Positions 17,863-29,196 of a stretch of 64,000 bases of DNA are shown here, one piece after another. The position numbers and the translations under genes are program-made. The first letter of the stretch is position 1. Every line of letters begins with the position of its first letter. A model generated the notes under the pieces. That model saw only the letters and a list, made by a program, of their open reading frames with translations. It did not search any database and had not been told where the DNA came from. The stretch spans positions 201,987-265,986 of the forward strand of contig JAVHQC010000006.1 in assembly GCA_036170915.1 (NCBI GenBank), written 5' to 3'. The DNA is from Cyanobacteria bacterium auto_48_18. GTDB lineage: Bacteria; Cyanobacteriota; Vampirovibrionia; Obscuribacterales; Obscuribacteraceae.

Positions 17863-19311
17863 ATGTTGAAAGAGATTGTCAAATATCCGCTATCTATAAA
17901 AGGTTATGAGGGCGGTGAATTTTCAGAAGTGAAAAGCCCGTTTAGTGGGGAAGTGGTGGCAGTGGTCGGTCAGGCCGATGAAAAGGCTATAGACGCGGCC
18001 ATCACCAGGGCTAAAGAAACTTTCGAAACTGTCATGAAAAAGATGCCTGCTTACACGCGCTCTGAAATATTGGCAAAAACATCTCAGCTTATTCTGGCCA
18101 ATATTGAAGACATGGCCCAGACAATTGCTCTTGAAGGTGGCAAGCCAATTAAAGATGCAAGGGTCGAAGTCAGTCGGGCTGCTAATACTTTTGCCATTGC
18201 TAGCCGTGAAGCCTTGCGTTTAGATGGCGAGCAATTGCAGATGGACACCAATGTCGGCAACGAATCACGCATCGGTATGATTTTACGTGAGCCCATTGGT
18301 GTGGTGGCGGCGGTGACACCATTCAATTTCCCTCTCAATTTGGTGGCGCACAAGTTGGCACCAGCAATTGCTGCAGGCAACACTATTGTTTTGAAACCGT
18401 CATCGCAAACTCCAGTATCGAGCTTTAAGTTGGCTGAGCTTTTAAAACAGGCTGGGCTGCCTGATGGGGCCCTGATTGTCACTCCTTGTCGCGGCTCTAA
18501 AGGCAACGCTCTTGTGCGAGACAGTCGCATCGCTTTGCTGACTTTCACTGGTTCGCAAGAAGTGGGCTGGCGCTTGCGTGGTGAAGTGCACGCCGGTGTG
18601 CGAGTAATTCTCGAATTGGGTGGCAATGCCGGTATTGTGGTGCACTCTGACGCCGATATTGAAGCGGCAGCCCGTGCGGCTTGTCGTGGTGGGTACGCAC
18701 ATGCCGGACAAATTTGTATCTCAGTTCAGCGCGTTTATGTGCAAAGCAGTGCATACGATAAATTCTTAGCCAAATTCAAAGAACTGACCGAAGCCTTAAA
18801 AGTTGGCGACCCCATGGATGACGGTACAGACGTAGGACCATTGATAGATAGCGGGTCAGTCGATAAAACTATTGAATGGGTAGAAGAAGCGGTCAAGGCT
18901 GGTGCTAAGCTCGTTAGCGGCGGCAAGAAATGCGGCAACAATGTGGTTGAACCTGTAATTTTGACTGAAACCAAAAGGGGCATGTCAGTAATTTCAGAAG
19001 AAGTTTTCGGGCCCATCGTCAGTGTGATGAAATATGACACTGTAGATGATGCTATCGCGGCCTGTAACGATGCCAGGTATGGTCTTCAGGCCGGCATCTT
19101 CACAGCCAATGTAGATGTCGCCTTTAAACTTGCCCGCGGTATCGATGCCGGTGGCGTAATGGTCAACGATGCACCGACTTTCAGAGCAGATCATATGCCT
19201 TATGGTGGACGCAAAGAGTCAGGTTTAGGTTTAGAGGGAATTCGTTACGCCTTAACTGAAATGACCCAACCTAAGTTTATCTGTCTAAATCTCAATCCTA
19301 ATGTTCAATAA
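17863..19311 (+). CDS. Aldehyde dehydrogenase family protein
   Basis: TPFNFPLNL, FTGS, LELGGN, GQICISVQR, EEVFGP. Confidence 0.95.
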   Translation: MLKEIVKYPLSIKGYEGGEFSEVKSPFSGEVVAVVGQADEKAIDAAITRAKETFETVMKKMPAYTRSEILAKTSQLILANIEDMAQTIALEGGKPIKDARVEVSRAANTFAIASREALRLDGEQLQMDTNVGNESRIGMILREPIGVVAAVTPFNFPLNLVAHKLAPAIAAGNTIVLKPSSQTPVSSFKLAELLKQAGLPDGALIVTPCRGSKGNALVRDSRIALLTFTGSQEVGWRLRGEVHAGVRVILELGGNAGIVVHSDADIEAAARAACRGGYAHAGQICISVQRVYVQSSAYDKFLAKFKELTEALKVGDPMDDGTDVGPLIDSGSVDKTIEWVEEAVKAGAKLVSGGKKCGNNVVEPVILTETKRGMSVISEEVFGPIVSVMKYDTVDDAIAACNDARYGLQAGIFTANVDVAFKLARGIDAGGVMVNDAPTFRADHMPYGGRKESGLGLEGIRYALTEMTQPKFICLNLNPNVQ

Positions 19312-19317
19312 GGGCAA

Positions 19318-20100
19318 ATGAAAATTCGGGAGTCCTTTCAAGAACGCATTCAGTCAATCGACGGCGCTCTTGTGGTGTCTTGTCAGGCCAGTAGCGGAGA
19401 GCCGCTCAATCGGCCTGAGCATATTTTGGCTATGTCTCTTTCTGCCATCAATGGTGGTGCCAGAGCACTGCGTTTGGAAGGTGTGGAAAATGTGCGTTAT
19501 GTGCGAGCTGCCGCAAAGGAGCTATTCTCTGGGCACCTACCACTGGTTGGTTTAACAAAATCTGAAATTCCAGCCGCCGACAAATTGACCTCTGTATACA
19601 TCACCGCTAGTTTTGATGAGGCCCGCGCCCTCGCTGATGCCGGCGCCGATTTTATCGCCCTTGATGCCACCGCTCGCAAGCGCGCTGACAACCAGACTTT
19701 GGCTGAAACTATTGCACGCATTCACACAGAGCTAAACCTCCCTGTATGGGCCGATTGCGCTACTTTTGGAGAGGGCATCGCCGCCGGTGAAGCCGGAGCC
19801 GATCTTATTTCAACAACGCTTTTTGGTTACACTCAAGAAACCGAACTGCCGAAAGAACACGGTCCAGGAATGGACTTATTGAAAGAATTTGTAGACCATC
19901 TAAATGTGCCTGTGATTCTTGAAGGACGAGTGTGGACCCCCGAAGAGTTGACCATCGCATTTGAAATTGGTGCCTACGCAGTGGTGGTGGGTTCGGCCAT
20001 CACGAGACCACAGCTGATTACAGAGCGTTTTGTTAAAGCGATTCCATCAAGGCGCGCTAGAATGCCCGCTTTCAAGGCTATTGCCGCGTCGGTCCAATGA
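19318..20100 (+). CDS. nanE: N-acetylmannosamine-6-phosphate 2-epimerase
   Basis: LVVSCQA, GLTK, VYITAS, TTLFGYT, EGR, VVGSAITRP. Confidence 0.92.
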   Translation: MKIRESFQERIQSIDGALVVSCQASSGEPLNRPEHILAMSLSAINGGARALRLEGVENVRYVRAAAKELFSGHLPLVGLTKSEIPAADKLTSVYITASFDEARALADAGADFIALDATARKRADNQTLAETIARIHTELNLPVWADCATFGEGIAAGEAGADLISTTLFGYTQETELPKEHGPGMDLLKEFVDHLNVPVILEGRVWTPEELTIAFEIGAYAVVVGSAITRPQLITERFVKAIPSRRARMPAFKAIAASVQ

Positions 20101-21728
20101 GCCTGCACGAATATTACAGCTTGCTGCCACTGATCATCCTTACCGGTATATCGCTGGGTGTGCGATCAATGGCCCCCTTTGCCTGGGGCAAGGGATTGAT
20201 TTCTCAATGCTTGCTCGTACTTATGGCTGTGGCCTATGGCATTTTGCTGCACAATATTTATGTCGCTCAAATTGCCGGCTGGTTTCTTTTTCTACTTTTT
20301 CATGTGCCAGCCTGGTATGTCTTCGGTCAAGTGAAGCGTTCCATGAGTCGTATGGATACGGACGAAATGACGAGGTGGAGCAGGCTTCTACCCTATGTAT
20401 TTTGGGGAGTGCCTGGTCAGTTTTGGAAGGATATGGTCAATGCCTATATTGCCTTTTCAGGTGAGGATGCCACCGCCGGCGAAGCGCTGGTAGACAAATG
20501 GCAAAATTATAAAGATCTACCTGCTGGGCTTCGAGATGTGCCTATTCAATACAGGTTAATGGGCAATTCAATTTGCTGGCACTGGCAAAGTGTTGTAGAC
20601 GACTTTGAGGGTTTGCGTTTTGGGGCCCGCAAGGCCTCGCCCCTGCTCTATTTTTCTGCATCGCGCGCTTACATTGAACTCGGCCTCTTTCAAAAGGCTG
20701 CAGAATGCTTGCGGCAGTCACGCTTTGATGAATCAATTACGCCACTTGATTTTTTAGCCAATGCTCTTTTGCCATTCTTTGCTTTGTGTGGCTCGCGCAC
20801 TCACGTCAACCAGTTGTTGGCAATCACTGCGGAGACCAAAGCAGCCCTGCCGGAGGCATTGTCGCTTTACTGGACCGGACGCTGCTTGCAGAAAGAAGGC
20901 GAAATCGCTCAGGCTCAGGCGGCCTTTGAGCAAGCACTGAATAAAACAGAAGTACCAATTTTGCGCAAGCGCTTGAACTTTGCTCTGTCAGGCCAGCCCA
21001 GTCAGGCTATGGCTTTCAGCCCTGAAGAATGCCGTGCTGAAGTAAAAGACATCTGGGCGCATTTTCAGCGCGGGGCTTTCATTCAAGAAATTCTTGCACC
21101 ACGTCGCAGTTCACCGGTAGTCAACGCTATCTTGTTTGCCAACATCGCTGTCTTTTTGCTTTCCAATCCTCAGAACTATTTGCAGCTGTCCAGCAGTTTT
21201 GGTCAGTTTATATTTGAAAACGGCCTGTTGTCCGACGCGGTAATTAAACAAGGACAGTTTTGGCGGCTGCTCACCTATATGTTTTTGCACAGTTCGATTA
21301 TTCACCTGGGTGTTAACATGCTCGGTCTTCATGCATTTGGCCGCATCACAGAAAATATTTTTGGTACCAACAGATTTCTAGCCATTTATTTTGTTGGTGG
21401 TATTTTGTCAGGATTGGCTCACTTATTTCTAAGCCCCGGCATTCCAGCTGTAGGCGCATCAGGAGCGATTCTTGCCATATTTGGTGCTGTAGCTGTTGGC
21501 ATTTATAAACTGAAAGCCATATTGCCTGGCTCTTTGCGTGAGCGCTATTTGATTTTCATGGCGGTGATTGCACTTTCGCAACTAGTAATGGATCGCTTTC
21601 TTCCACACATTGCAGTTTTCGCTCATCTTGGCGGACTGATTGGTGGTATCGCATTAGGTGTGATAACGTCTATTCGCACACCATCTAAAGAAGCCATTGA
21701 CGGAACGCAGAAATTTATTGGCGGCTAA
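20097..21728 (+). CDS. Rhomboid intramembrane protease with N-terminal TM and TPR-like region
   Basis: WRLLTYMFLH, HLGVNM, GASG, AHLGG; ATGA overlap with nanE. Confidence 0.88.
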   Translation: MSLHEYYSLLPLIILTGISLGVRSMAPFAWGKGLISQCLLVLMAVAYGILLHNIYVAQIAGWFLFLLFHVPAWYVFGQVKRSMSRMDTDEMTRWSRLLPYVFWGVPGQFWKDMVNAYIAFSGEDATAGEALVDKWQNYKDLPAGLRDVPIQYRLMGNSICWHWQSVVDDFEGLRFGARKASPLLYFSASRAYIELGLFQKAAECLRQSRFDESITPLDFLANALLPFFALCGSRTHVNQLLAITAETKAALPEALSLYWTGRCLQKEGEIAQAQAAFEQALNKTEVPILRKRLNFALSGQPSQAMAFSPEECRAEVKDIWAHFQRGAFIQEILAPRRSSPVVNAILFANIAVFLLSNPQNYLQLSSSFGQFIFENGLLSDAVIKQGQFWRLLTYMFLHSSIIHLGVNMLGLHAFGRITENIFGTNRFLAIYFVGGILSGLAHLFLSPGIPAVGASGAILAIFGAVAVGIYKLKAILPGSLRERYLIFMAVIALSQLVMDRFLPHIAVFAHLGGLIGGIALGVITSIRTPSKEAIDGTQKFIGG

Positions 21729-22997
21729 TCAGTCGTTTTCACTCGCTTGCCCATCGCTTAACCACTGCCAGGCGCCCAGGCCTGCTCGCTTGCCTGTGGC
21801 AAAGCAACCGGTGAGCAAATAGCCGCCGGTAGGTGCTTCCCAATCGATCATTTCTCCGGCGACGAAAACACCAGGCAAATTTTTGATCATCAAGTTGTCG
21901 TCGAGTGCGTTGAAGCACACACCACCAGCGGTGCTGATCGCTTCTGCCAAAGGTCGCGTTGAGCGCACGGTTACTGGTAGAGCTTTGATAAATTTAGCTA
22001 GAGTTGGTGCATCGGCCATTTGCTCGCTGGTTAATGTCTCGTATAGCAAAGCCCGTTTCAGGCTATCGTCACCAAGGCAACCTTGCAAATGCCTTGATAG
22101 TGAGCGCGTTCCGCGAGGGCGTGAAACTTCTTTTAAGACTCTGTCGGCGCTGCGACCCGGCAGTAAGTCTAGAGTAAATGTGGCTTCTCCATGGACGTTG
22201 ATATATTCACGTAGACGTTTTGAGAATGCGTAAATCAGACTGCCTTCGACGCCATACTCTTTTATCAGCAGCTCTCCTTGCCGGCTCTCGCTAGCACCGT
22301 CCAGGTCGGTAAATGTAAGTGCTATCGACTTCAGTGGAGCGGCTGCAAATTTCTCTTGCATATGCTTGCTCCATTTAACGTCAAAGCCACAATTTGCACT
22401 TTGCCATGGTGCCGTTTCTACACCATGCTCTTGCATCCATGAGAGCCAGCTGCCGGTGGAGCCGAGCTGCGGCCAACTGGCTCCGCCCAAAGCCAAAATG
22501 GTGGCACCGGGAGTTAAAGAAAATTCGTTTTCGTTGCATTTAAAGCGCAGCGAGTCGCCATCGAAACCAAGCCACTGGTGATTAAAATGGAAGCGCACGC
22601 CAGAGTTGCGAAGGCGATGAACCCAGGCTCTTAAAAGCGGAGCCGCCTTCATCTCTTTAGGAAATACTCGCCCCGAAGTACCAACGAATGTTTCGATGCC
22701 AAGATCATGCACCCAGTGACGCAGCGCCTCCGGTGGAAAATCATTTAAAAGTGTTTGCATCTGATTTTGTTTGTCGCCGTAGCGGGTGCAAAACTCCTGG
22801 TAGAGCTCACTGTGAGTAATATTCAAGCCGCCGAGCCCGGCGCGTAAAAATTTGCGCCCGAGGGTTGGCATCGATTCATATACATCAACACTGGCGCCTG
22901 CCTGCACAAGCACTTCAGCTGCCATAAGACCGGCGGGGCCACCACCGATGACGGCTACCGGCGTTTTGGCATGGCTTTTTAAAGGTGCGCTGAGCAT
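21729..22997 (-). CDS. NAD(P)/FAD-dependent oxidoreductase (HI0933/BaiN family)
   Basis: GGGPAGLMAAE, GRKFLRAG.GGLNITH, AISTAGGV, DWEAPTGGYLL. Confidence 0.9.
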   Translation of the reverse strand: MLSAPLKSHAKTPVAVIGGGPAGLMAAEVLVQAGASVDVYESMPTLGRKFLRAGLGGLNITHSELYQEFCTRYGDKQNQMQTLLNDFPPEALRHWVHDLGIETFVGTSGRVFPKEMKAAPLLRAWVHRLRNSGVRFHFNHQWLGFDGDSLRFKCNENEFSLTPGATILALGGASWPQLGSTGSWLSWMQEHGVETAPWQSANCGFDVKWSKHMQEKFAAAPLKSIALTFTDLDGASESRQGELLIKEYGVEGSLIYAFSKRLREYINVHGEATFTLDLLPGRSADRVLKEVSRPRGTRSLSRHLQGCLGDDSLKRALLYETLTSEQMADAPTLAKFIKALPVTVRSTRPLAEAISTAGGVCFNALDDNLMIKNLPGVFVAGEMIDWEAPTGGYLLTGCFATGKRAGLGAWQWLSDGQASEND

Positions 22998-23165
22998 GAG
23001 GTCATTTTAACCGCTGAGAGGCTAAGAACAGCTAGCAAATAGAGTTTCCCACACTTGCTGCGCAAGCATTTTGGCGATTATGACTTGCTGGTTGCCAAGC
23101 TGCTAGGGTTAAGCAAGGTAGGTTCTCGGACCTGCGATCGTAGGAAGTGTTAGTCAATTGTTGAA

Positions 23166-24476
23166 ATGCTACTAGCCTGTTTTATAGCAATTGGCATGAT
23201 TGTCATCAATGCCATTTACGTGGCTGCAGAGTTTGCCACGGTCGCCGCCCGGCATGCGCAGATTCGGAAAATGGCTTTGGCAGGCAATTCACTAGCTTCG
23301 TTACTTCTTCCTATTTTGGAAGAGCCGCGCAAGCTAGATGAGTACATCGCCACATGCCAGATTGGAATCACAGTTTCAAGCCTTGTGCTGGGCGCATATA
23401 GTGAAATCAGTTTTGGACCCTCATTCGCTGCCGTATTAATTGAGCACTTTAGCTTGTCGCCAATACTGGCTGAGTCGGCGGCGGCAATTGGAATTCTTTT
23501 ACTCTTTACCTTGCTGCAAATTTTGTTTGGTGAGCTGCTTCCTAAGTCGGTCTCCTTGCAGCATTCCAATCGTGTGGCCGTGCTTATGTACTGGCCGCTT
23601 CGCCTGTCTTCCATAGTCTTTCGTCCCTTTATTTGGCTGCTCAATGGCAGTGGCAACTTTTTTATGAGCATGCTGGGAATCTCGGTTTCTTCTCACAAAC
23701 ACGTACATTCTCTTGAAGAAATTGAGTTGCTATTGGCAGAAAGTAAAGATGGTGGTTTGTTAGAGCCGCTTGAGCACGAGCGCCTGCAGCAGGCCCTTGA
23801 TCTTGGCGAAAGAACAGCCAGGCAACTCATGGTTCCACGAGCTAATGTCCTTGCGGTTTCGAATACGAATTCTCTTGAACATTGCTATCGAATTGCTTTA
23901 GAGAGTCCATATACCCGACTGCTGGTCTATGGAGATTCTATTGACGATGTGCTTGGATTCGTTAGTGTCAGGCACGTAATTCAGGCAAGATTCTCGGAGA
24001 GCGACCTCACTAGCATCGACTCTTTGATAAAGACCGTGCCCATAATTCCCGAGAATTTACGCCTCGGTCGATTGATTGCTTTGCTTAGATCGCAGCATTC
24101 GCATGTGGCCGTTGTTATGGACGAGCATGGTGCCACACTAGGTATTGTCACCGCCGGCGATATCCTTGCCGAGTTAATTGAAAATGTAGATAGTGACGAA
24201 TTCAAAAACACTGCAGTTATCGAGGCTTTAGAAGATGGTCGCATTCGCCTTCCTGGCTTCTATAAGTTGCATAGAGCCGCTAAATTTTTAGGCACAGTGC
24301 CTGAAACTGAGGCAGAAACTATCAATGGCTTAATCATGGAGATTTTAGAGCGAGTGCCAGTTGTGGGTGATTTGATTGAATTACCTTCAGTGGTGATTGA
24401 AGTTGCGGAAGTTGAGCATCATGCCGCTATCTTAGTGATTGTGAGCAAGAAAGAGGAGGCCAAGCAAGATGTTTGA
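23166..24476 (+). CDS. Hemolysin/CNNM family protein (DUF21-CBS-CorC)
   Basis: VAAEFA, QIGIT, FGELLPKS, MVPR, DEHG. Confidence 0.92.
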   Translation: MLLACFIAIGMIVINAIYVAAEFATVAARHAQIRKMALAGNSLASLLLPILEEPRKLDEYIATCQIGITVSSLVLGAYSEISFGPSFAAVLIEHFSLSPILAESAAAIGILLLFTLLQILFGELLPKSVSLQHSNRVAVLMYWPLRLSSIVFRPFIWLLNGSGNFFMSMLGISVSSHKHVHSLEEIELLLAESKDGGLLEPLEHERLQQALDLGERTARQLMVPRANVLAVSNTNSLEHCYRIALESPYTRLLVYGDSIDDVLGFVSVRHVIQARFSESDLTSIDSLIKTVPIIPENLRLGRLIALLRSQHSHVAVVMDEHGATLGIVTAGDILAELIENVDSDEFKNTAVIEALEDGRIRLPGFYKLHRAAKFLGTVPETEAETINGLIMEILERVPVVGDLIELPSVVIEVAEVEHHAAILVIVSKKEEAKQDV

Positions 24477-25758
24477 GCTGAGCCTAATTCTTCTTTTGAT
24501 CTTACTAAATGGTCTTTTTGTCGCTTCTGAGTTTGCCACTGTGGTGGCACCAAAGTTATCGATTGAAAAGCTGGCTCTTGAAGGAAATAGAACAGCAAAG
24601 CAGATTTATTCTGTTATCAAAGAACCGTTGCTGCAAGACCGGTATATAGCTGCATCACAAGTCGGCATTACAGCCGCTAGTTTGGCCCTGGGTATGTACG
24701 GTGAGCAGGTTATAGCTACTTGGATTATTCACTATCTTCACCTGGTAGCCCCCCTTGAGATAACAACCACTCACGCTATTGCCAGTACTTTGTCTTTGGC
24801 GTTGCTTACCTATCTTCATATCGTCTTTGGCGAAATGATACCCAAGTCGTTAGCGCTGCAGAAGTCTGAGGCGGTAATGTTTTTCTTGATTGGACCGATG
24901 CTCTTCTTCATGAAAGTCTTCAGGCCAATTATTTTGATTCTCAATGAAACTAACAATTTTCTTCTGAGAAATCTCATGGGTATAGATCGCTCTAAGTCTA
25001 CGTTTCCGGCTTTCTCTTCTGATGAAATTCAGCTGATTTTAAAAGAAAGCGAATCAGAGGGAATAATCAGCGATGAAATCGGAACTGTAATTGAGCAGCT
25101 CTTTGATTTCGGCGAGCTCATTGCCGAAGACATAATGGTGCCTCGGGTTCACATTCTAGCGGTGCCGATCAGGCCAACGAAGTCCCAAGTACTGGAGATT
25201 GTGCGTCAAGCCAATCACTCTCGATATCCGGTACACACAGGTGATAAAGATAGTATTGTCGGCACGGTACATGTGAAGGATCTCGCAGCTTTTTTGGAAG
25301 CTACAGACGACAGAACTTTGATTATCAGGCCTGTACCCTTTGTGCCGCAGTCTTCCACATTGCAGTCGGTTCTTGAATCTATGCGGCAGTTTCGTACTCA
25401 TCTGGCAATTGTGTTGGACGAACATGGTGGCACAGCTGGTCTCATTTCAATTCAAGATATTTTTGGTGAGCTTATTGGTGAAATCGATGAATCAGTTACT
25501 CCACCACCGATTGAAACTCTAGACAGTAACAGTGTGCGAGTCTTGGGGACCGTCAGGCTCGACCAACTTGCTGATTATCTCGGTCTTTCTATTGAAGAGG
25601 AAGGCATCGATACCATTAGTGGATTGGTTCTTGACCAGCTTGGAAGGCCGCCGCGAGTTGGTGACAAATTCAACTTTAAGAACCTGTCGATTGAAGTGAT
25701 TAAGGTGAAAGGGCGGGGCGCACAGTCATGCATAGTTACTGTGCTGCCAAACTTGTGA
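24469..25758 (+). CDS. Hemolysin/CNNM family protein (DUF21-CBS-CorC), second tandem copy
   Basis: VASEFA, QVGIT, FGEMIPKS, HSRYPV, DEHGGTAG. Confidence 0.92.
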   Translation: MFELSLILLLILLNGLFVASEFATVVAPKLSIEKLALEGNRTAKQIYSVIKEPLLQDRYIAASQVGITAASLALGMYGEQVIATWIIHYLHLVAPLEITTTHAIASTLSLALLTYLHIVFGEMIPKSLALQKSEAVMFFLIGPMLFFMKVFRPIILILNETNNFLLRNLMGIDRSKSTFPAFSSDEIQLILKESESEGIISDEIGTVIEQLFDFGELIAEDIMVPRVHILAVPIRPTKSQVLEIVRQANHSRYPVHTGDKDSIVGTVHVKDLAAFLEATDDRTLIIRPVPFVPQSSTLQSVLESMRQFRTHLAIVLDEHGGTAGLISIQDIFGELIGEIDESVTPPPIETLDSNSVRVLGTVRLDQLADYLGLSIEEEGIDTISGLVLDQLGRPPRVGDKFNFKNLSIEVIKVKGRGAQSCIVTVLPNL

Positions 25759-25833
25759 ATGCAAATTACTGCCACACGAGTTGATTTGAATTTCTTTTCT
25801 GTGACGGCTTTTTTGAGGACAAGTGGGCAAAAA

Positions 25834-26436
25834 TCAGGCAATTCCACCCTGCTCTAAGCCTATAATTCTGTAGCACTCGCCATCAAAGCTAACGTCTATT
25901 CGGCGAAGAGGACGGTGCGCTGGTCCGCTCAATACGCGCCCGTCAGTGGGGTCGAAGGTACTTAAATCGCAAGCGCAAGGGCAGCACAACACCGGAGTCT
26001 TAGATTGTTCTATGTAAGGAAGCTCGGCCGTATTGCTCAGGAAATTAACGGGCTGAGTGTGTCTGCAGTGGGTACAAATGCGACTGAAGGCGACAACCTT
26101 ATTCGCGGCAGTACTTATGATGAAAGCAGGTATTTTGCGGGTTTCATATTCTTCAGGATTGAAGACTAAATACCTGACCGGGAGCAAAAAGGGAATGCAT
26201 GTCCAAATATCCGGAAAATCATTTTTACGGAATTGAACAGACTGCTCTGCTTTCGGTAGATCGGCACTCTGAAAGAAACTGCCTGCTTCCATTGTTGGTT
26301 TCAGGTACCGTAATAGCGGCGATGCAACAAAGCCAAAGGTAGCTACAAGCGGCGCACCTGCTACGAATTTTAGAATTGTACGGCGATTCAACAAAGGCTC
26401 AGCAGCGGGACAGTCGTTATCATCCATGCTATCCAC
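25834..26436 (-). CDS. Tat-exported Rieske-fold protein with atypical ligand boxes
   Basis: NRRTILK plus TM; AFSRICTHC; CPCACDLSTFD; GRVLSGPAHRPL. Confidence 0.8.
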   Translation of the reverse strand: MDSMDDNDCPAAEPLLNRRTILKFVAGAPLVATFGFVASPLLRYLKPTMEAGSFFQSADLPKAEQSVQFRKNDFPDIWTCIPFLLPVRYLVFNPEEYETRKIPAFIISTAANKVVAFSRICTHCRHTQPVNFLSNTAELPYIEQSKTPVLCCPCACDLSTFDPTDGRVLSGPAHRPLRRIDVSFDGECYRIIGLEQGGIA

Positions 26437-26816
26437 CCAACTTGTCGAAAGAAGTGTACGAAACTATTATAGGTGACAAAAAGGGTTGCAAAGCGACTTG
26501 ATTGCGACATGTATTCCTGCCCCGCAAGAAAGCTAGTCTCAAAGGCTTGTTCTGAAAAGACGTGAAGTCAGTACTGACGCGTGCGTATGTCACCGCCAGT
26601 GGTGCAACCTCTCCGAAACAACTTTTTTGTTTCTGAGCAACTATTTCGAAATTCTGGTTCGTGCAGCAAATCGCAGATTGTGTGGTCTCATTTTCTCGAT
26701 TAATAGCGATTGTTAACGTCGAATGTTACTGTTGAATCCATAAGCACCCTGGTCAGATCCAAATCAGCGATAATTGCACCTCCTGTATTTGGTATCAGGC
26801 AACCGGGGTTCAAGTT

Positions 26817-28094
26817 ATGGCGCGAGTAGTGCTCGGAATGATAGGACTGGGAACAGTCGGTAGTGGCGTTGTGCAACTCCTCGCTCAACACAAGCATCTG
26901 CAATTAAAAAAAATTGCTGTTCGTGACCTTGAAAAAGAACGCTCTGCCGAGGCGAAGTGCACAATTACCACCGACGTCTCAGAAATAATCGACGATCCTG
27001 AAATCGAAGTGTTGGTGGAAGTTATGGGCGGCGAAGAGCCTGCTCTATCGTACATTAGAAGGGCATTAGAAAAACGCAAGCATGTAGTCACTGCCAATAA
27101 GGAAGTGCTGGCAAAGCATGGCCCTAGCCTTTTTCAGCTGGCTCGCGAGAAAGGTGTAACGATTTTCTTCGAAGCCTCTGTGGCCGGCGGCATTCCGCTT
27201 ATATCGACCATTCAGAGAGGTCTTGGCGCCAATCAGCTTGCTGCTGTCACCGGAATTCTCAACGGCACAACCAACTTTATTTTATCTAACATGGAAGAGA
27301 AAGGCCTTAGCTACGACCATGTATTGGCCGAAGCTCAGCGCCTTGGTTTTGCCGAAGCTGATCCCTCAGCTGATGTAGATGGGCATGATGTAGCTTATAA
27401 GTTATCAATTTTGGCCGCGCTATCTTTTCAGCGTTTCGTCAAGCCGGCAGATATATACCGTGAAGGCATCCGCAATATAACTCCAGATGATTTGGCTCTG
27501 GCTAAAGAATTTGGCTATCGCATCAAATTAGTAGGCACCGCACGCAATACCAGCCCTAACGATAAGAATGGCCCCCTTGCCGTTCGAGTTCATCCTACCC
27601 TGGTGCCGCTCAGCCATCCACTGGCGTCGGTTTCGGGCTCCAGTAATTGCATTCTTGTGAATGGTAATGCTGTCGGAGAGATCATCATGGTTGGCCCTGG
27701 TGCAGGCAGCCTGCCCACCGCCTCTGCTGTAGTAGGCGACATTATCAACTTAGAAAGTGCTCTTAAACTGCCTGATTTTGCCAGCTATTTCCAGCCCAGT
27801 ATCACCAGCGAATGGGCCACTATAGCATCGCCAGACGACTGGGTCAGTCCTTATTTCTTGCGCATCTCGGTAGCTGACACGCCCGGGGTGATAGGCACCA
27901 TAGGCACAATTTTCGGTAACCATAAAATCAGCATACAGAGCATTATTCAGCGTGGCGTGGCTGATGGAAGGGCCACCATCGTTATTCTCACTCATGACGT
28001 GGCCAGTGGCCAAATGGCTTCGGCTTTAGCAGAACTGAAGCAGTGTCCATTCTTAGATTCTGTATCTAGTGCTATTCGCATTTATAAAGGTTAA
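26817..28094 (+). CDS. hom: Homoserine dehydrogenase with ACT domain
   Basis: [41 protein letters not shown]. Confidence 0.97.
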   Translation: MARVVLGMIGLGTVGSGVVQLLAQHKHLQLKKIAVRDLEKERSAEAKCTITTDVSEIIDDPEIEVLVEVMGGEEPALSYIRRALEKRKHVVTANKEVLAKHGPSLFQLAREKGVTIFFEASVAGGIPLISTIQRGLGANQLAAVTGILNGTTNFILSNMEEKGLSYDHVLAEAQRLGFAEADPSADVDGHDVAYKLSILAALSFQRFVKPADIYREGIRNITPDDLALAKEFGYRIKLVGTARNTSPNDKNGPLAVRVHPTLVPLSHPLASVSGSSNCILVNGNAVGEIIMVGPGAGSLPTASAVVGDIINLESALKLPDFASYFQPSITSEWATIASPDDWVSPYFLRISVADTPGVIGTIGTIFGNHKISIQSIIQRGVADGRATIVILTHDVASGQMASALAELKQCPFLDSVSSAIRIYKG

Positions 28095-28107
28095 AGCAGG
28101 AAGGTCG

Positions 28108-29181
28108 ATGCAGACTACATACAAAAAAAGCGGTTTGATAGAAAAATATCGTCAATATCTGCCGGTTTCTGCAAGCACCCCTGTAGTAACCCTTGGTGAA
28201 GGCAATACGCCGCTCGTACAGTCGTTCAACATTCCTAAACTGCTCGGCTATCCCAATCTTGAACTGTTTTTCAAACTAGAAGGGCTTAACCCCACGGGTA
28301 GCTTTAAAGACAGAGGAATGACTCTGGCTATTTCTAAAGCTGTAGAAGAGGGTGCTAAGGCTGTCATCTGTGCCTCCACTGGTAATACCAGTGCATCAGC
28401 GGCAGCTTTTGCTACTAAAGCCGGGCTGAAATGTTACGTGCTTCTTCCCCATGGATACGTGGCTCTAGGCAAGTTGGCTCAGGCGATTCACTATGGTGCC
28501 CAAATAATTCCAATCAAAGGCAATTTCGACAGAGCACTAGAACTGGTGCGCGAATTAGCCGAACAAACTCCAGTCACTGTGGTCAATTCAATTAATCCTT
28601 ATCGACTGGAAGGACAGAAGACCGCTGCCTTTGAGGTTGTCGAACATCTTGGTCGGCAACCAGACTATCTTTGCATACCTGTCGGTAACGCTGGAAATAT
28701 TTGCGCTTACTGGCGGGGTTTTAAGCTATATCATGAGCTCGGCATCACCACTGGTGCTCCTCGTATGCATGGCTTTGAAGCTGAAGGGTCGGCAGCTATA
28801 GTGCGCGGAGAACCAATTAAGAATCCGGAGACTATCGGCACAGCTATTCGCATCGGTAATCCAGCCAGCTGGCAAGAAGCGGTGCGAGCCCAACAAGAAT
28901 CTAAGGGAATAATTGATTCAGTTACTGATGACGAAATTTTGGCCGCTTATAAAATGCTAGGTAGTGCCGAAGGAATCTTTTGCGAACCTTCAAGCGCCGC
29001 CTCGCTAGCTGGTTTGATCAAACATCTAACTGACGGAACCATTCCTCAAAACTCTCTTGTCACCTGTGTGCTTACCGGCAATGGTCTCAAAGATCCAGAC
29101 ACGGCACAGAAAGTAACAACAGTAGATTTGACACCCGTGGAAGCTGATCTTGCATCACTAAAAAAAGTTATGGCACTTTGA
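28108..29181 (+). CDS. thrC: Threonine synthase
   Basis: [27 protein letters not shown]; start at MQTT after AGGAAGG. Confidence 0.96.
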   Translation: MQTTYKKSGLIEKYRQYLPVSASTPVVTLGEGNTPLVQSFNIPKLLGYPNLELFFKLEGLNPTGSFKDRGMTLAISKAVEEGAKAVICASTGNTSASAAAFATKAGLKCYVLLPHGYVALGKLAQAIHYGAQIIPIKGNFDRALELVRELAEQTPVTVVNSINPYRLEGQKTAAFEVVEHLGRQPDYLCIPVGNAGNICAYWRGFKLYHELGITTGAPRMHGFEAEGSAAIVRGEPIKNPETIGTAIRIGNPASWQEAVRAQQESKGIIDSVTDDEILAAYKMLGSAEGIFCEPSSAASLAGLIKHLTDGTIPQNSLVTCVLTGNGLKDPDTAQKVTTVDLTPVEADLASLKKVMAL

Positions 29182-29196
29182 GGTAGCCAAGCCAGA

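Noticed and set aside
23166..25758. Tandem CNNM/hemolysin pair as a novelty
   Set aside because: Tandem pairs of this family are common in bacteria
26437..26816. Thr attenuator, T-box or lysine riboswitch upstream of hom
   Set aside because: No Thr/Ile-rich leader peptide or recognisable consensus; only a 12-bp palindrome GTCAGTACTGAC
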